This document shows positions 39,321 to 39,524 of a stretch of 39,524 nucleotides of DNA, piece after piece. The position numbers and the translations under genes are program-made. Source of the stretch: a virus; IMG/VR virus record IMGVR_UViG_3300045988_026467; one strand, given 5' to 3'. Numbering within the stretch: the stretch's first letter is position 1; each line of letters begins with the position of its first letter. A model generated the notes under the pieces. That model did no database searches, was not told the origin of the DNA, and saw only the letters and a program-made list of their open reading frames with translations.

Positions 39321-39524
39321 TCAAACCGCCTCCCTTGTTTCTCCGAGAATGATTTTTCGGAACATGCTTTCAAATATCGGAACGGCGATGCTGTTCCCTG
39401 CTTGGTCATATAATGCCTTGTAATATTTCCCGATTCTTTGCTGTGCCTCTCTCGCCCTCTCAAAGTCCTCGTCAGTGTATCCTTGCAATCTCCAACACTC
39501 TCGCTCTGTCAAATACCGATACCG
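39321..39524 (-). CDS. DNA (cytosine-5)-methyltransferase, 3' portion (continuation of 1..826 across the circular junction)
   Basis: TERECWRLQGYTDEDF and AGNSIAVPI correspond to C5-MTase motifs IX and X. Codon phase is continuous with 1..826 through the 55-bp overlap. Confidence 0.9.
   Translation of the reverse strand, partial: RYRYLTERECWRLQGYTDEDFERAREAQQRIGKYYKALYDQAGNSIAVPIFESMFRKIILGETREAV
39470..39524. repeat. Terminal direct repeat, copy 2 (identical to 1..55)
   Basis: Exact 55-nt identity with the window start. Confidence 0.95.

Larger units (their letters stand above)
1..39524. mobile_element. Complete circular temperate tailed-phage genome (siphovirus-like, HK97-fold capsid); 39,469 unique bp plus 55-bp terminal overlap
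   Basis: First 55 nt equal the last 55 nt. A C5-methyltransferase ORF reads in frame across that junction (826 + 149 nt = 975 nt = 325 codons). Integrase, repressor-type HTH genes, terminase, portal, capsid, tape measure and lysis genes are all present. Confidence 0.9.

Noticed and set aside
39182-39463. N-terminal extension of ORF 38900..39463 (187 aa)
   Set aside because: The upstream 94 codons overlap the methyltransferase 3' end and are Arg/Lys-rich. A much better RBS (AAAGAGGTG) precedes the internal ATG at 39181.
1-39524. tRNA, rRNA or tmRNA genes
   Set aside because: The intergenic gaps are short. None of those inspected (5443..5696, 8261..8508, 9304..9473, 10572..10883, 11304..11688, 39182..39320) shows cloverleaf-type conserved elements such as GGTTCGAATCC. 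A tRNAscan run would settle the question.

Overview
The window is a complete, circularly closed genome of a temperate siphovirus-like phage. It has 39,469 unique bp plus a 55-bp assembly overlap (1..55 = 39470..39524). AGGAGG-type ribosome-binding sites and the gene content suggest a Firmicutes/Clostridia-type host. About 70 genes are present, almost all on the minus strand. Modules: (1) lysogeny/immunity (tyrosine integrase, attP with arm-type repeats, cI-like and XRE HTH genes, divergent consensus promoters with an 18-bp palindromic operator); (2) early/DNA metabolism (HUH rolling-circle Rep, SSB, VRR-NUC nuclease, membrane-anchored lytic transglycosylase, ParA, ParB-like/DUF3850 fusion, MazF-like/coiled-coil protein, OGG1-type glycosylase, C5 cytosine methyltransferase that spans the contig junction); (3) ArpU-like late regulator and late promoter; (4) packaging and head (HNH, TerS, TerL, portal, ClpP-like protease, HK97-type capsid); (5) connectors and tail (major tail protein, G/GT chaperones with a -1 slippery site, 1230-aa tape measure, Dit, Tal, BppU-like); (6) lysis (holins, CHAP-SH3 endolysin). 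The strongest system is a diversity-generating retroelement. Its 112-bp template repeat differs from the 3' end of the receptor-binding tail-fibre gene only at template adenines (16 of 16 mismatches), and a DGR-type reverse transcriptase lies next to it. No avd gene is recognisable. Other points worth follow-up: a palindromic site shared by the immunity region and the DGR promoter region; a translationally coupled ParA-OGG-methyltransferase trio; a candidate antisense sRNA in the rep leader; five 11-bp-phased CGTGAAAA repeats at the late promoter; an acr/aca-like mini-operon beside attP; and a G10 tract inside a coding region. All protein family calls come from motif recognition by eye. No database search was run.
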